Under the pieces are notes generated by a model, which saw only the letters and a list, made by a program, of their open reading frames with translations, was not told the DNA's origin and ran no database searches. DNA of 63,738 nt, filler included, from Rhabdomonas costata (taxonomy: Eukaryota), in the NCBI GenBank assembly GCA_019059605.1. It is 50 parts of 50 records of this genome, joined end to end, with 100 filler letters (N's around TTAATTAATTAA, not from the genome) between each part and the next. Parts side by side here need not be neighbours in the genome. Positions count along the whole stretch, not along the records: positions 62,563 to 63,738 come from JAHMHO010024937.1; 49 more parts are not named here. One strand, written 5' to 3'. The translations under genes were made by a program, and so were the position numbers. This document shows positions 62,463 to 63,738 of this stretch, piece by piece (the first letter of the stretch is position 1; the number at the start of each line of letters is the position of its first letter).

Positions 62463-63738
62463 NNNNNNNNNNNNNNNNNNNNNNNNNNNNNNNNNNNNNN
62501 NNNNNNTTAATTAATTAANNNNNNNNNNNNNNNNNNNNNNNNNNNNNNNNNNNNNNNNNNNNCTGACGTAGTACAGCGCCACGATGCCCAGGGCTAACAG
62601 GGAATACTCCAGAGTGGGCGTCACCAGCGAAACCGCACATGCAGCGCACTTGTGATAAAAGCTCGGCAATGTCGTCGGTGAAGGGTTCATCTCACTGGAG
62701 TGAAGACGGACGTTCGACCTGGCAATTGAAGAACGGGAGGGAGAGAGGGAGAAAAGGAGGGCCCAGAAACGCACCCCTGCATTGGGGTTTGAAGTCACCC
62801 CCTAATTTGGATGGGCCCCTGCACGAAGCCATGGCATTCGCTTCCTGACTAAATGGTGGTGACGCGGTGTCTTTTTCCTGTTTTGGTTCAGGCACACCTT
62901 CCTATCTTACGCACGTCTTGGTTCGGTTCTTTGAGCACCACGCTCTTTTGCGCGTCCTGTGTCCTGCTTTTGCTCCTTGTTCTCATTGCCGTTCGTAGTG
63001 CAAGTATTATCGCCTGCTTTCGGACATTGAGAACAGTTGCTTGAGCAACAACTGAGCGACAAGTATCCCTGAAATCTAACCTTAAGCGGCCCAAGAGAAT
63101 ATTTTTCCTTTTTCCAGACGTAAGCAATGCCGCTAAGGTCTTCCCAGTTCGAAGGTTCCCCTTCCCTTCTGGGACACCACCACGATACTCCAGAGCAAGC
63201 AGAACGGGATTGGGTTGGGACGAACCCCATAATCGCAGAGCTGCACTGCAATGCACTCGGTGCAGTGTTCTCCCTTTGCATTTGTCTGCAGTCGCAGGAA
63301 ACGCAGCCGCCAAAAAAAATGCAAATTTCAAAAGGGGACAAGCAGGGGGTGAAGAAAAGGGGTGAGGAAGGAGGGAGGAAAAAGCACTGAAGGAAAAGAC
63401 AAATCTACCGATGCAGCAGAAACACAGGAGAATAGAAGGATGTGGATGTAGGCGAAAGGCTGTTGGTAAAGAGATTAACGTTGTTCAGAGCTCATACATC
63501 TATCAGTGGAATCTAAATCCGAGGCTATATTATGCATGCGAAACATCCCCCACAAGCCCACACCAAACATGAAATCTCGATAATAGTTGATGCCAAATTC
63601 ACAGGATGAATCAAAGCGACGCTCCCCATCCATGGCATGCCCGTCGTTACTTCACGTACCGGGTAAACACATTAACACGTGAGCTCTCCTAAAACCAGCT
63701 ATCAAAGCCTGTAGTGGCCGCGAAGTTCACCCACCCCC

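Noticed and set aside
1..63738. G/T-rich 5' and C/A-rich 3' contig ends as telomeres of gene-sized chromosomes
   Set aside because: No fixed repeat unit, the ends cut through exons, and fold-backs show the bases are primer-derived.
1..63738. tRNA, rRNA, CRISPR arrays, prokaryotic operons or defence systems
   Set aside because: None seen by eye; GTTCGA hits lack cloverleaf context. A covariance-model search was not possible.

Overview
This window is not one locus. It is 50 unrelated contigs of about 1.17-1.18 kb, joined by an artificial 100-bp spacer (44 N + TTAATTAATTAA + 44 N), so neighbouring contigs say nothing about gene clustering. Most contigs start with G/T-only bases and end with C/A-only bases, and six carry terminal fold-backs. 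Both point to whole-genome amplification with degenerate G/T primers. Most DNA comes from an intron-rich eukaryote with GT-AG introns. A two-exon paraflagellar-rod-family fragment suggests Euglenozoa, and one splice junction fits the euglenid nonconventional-intron pattern, so a euglenid is the best guess. Gene fragments recovered by manual splicing: COQ4, two PDR/ABCG pieces, two formin FH2 genes, a papain-family protease, a pyrimidine 5'-nucleotidase HAD, a bacterial-type phosphoglycolate phosphatase, DUF229, a CocE/NonD-like hydrolase, WD40, RING, a receiver domain, an ADP-ribosylglycohydrolase, an intronless HtrL/YibB-like ORF, and REJ-, Ig-, SURP- and kinase-like exons. Decayed mobile elements: Ty3/Gypsy pol, a Merlin (ISXO2-like) transposase and a Penelope-like RT. 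I found no supportable multi-gene novel system. The best leads are the candidate nonconventional intron in a bacterial-type gene, the Merlin and Penelope-like elements, and an AT-rich outlier contig that might use reassigned stop codons. All family calls come from motif recognition by eye, with no database searches.
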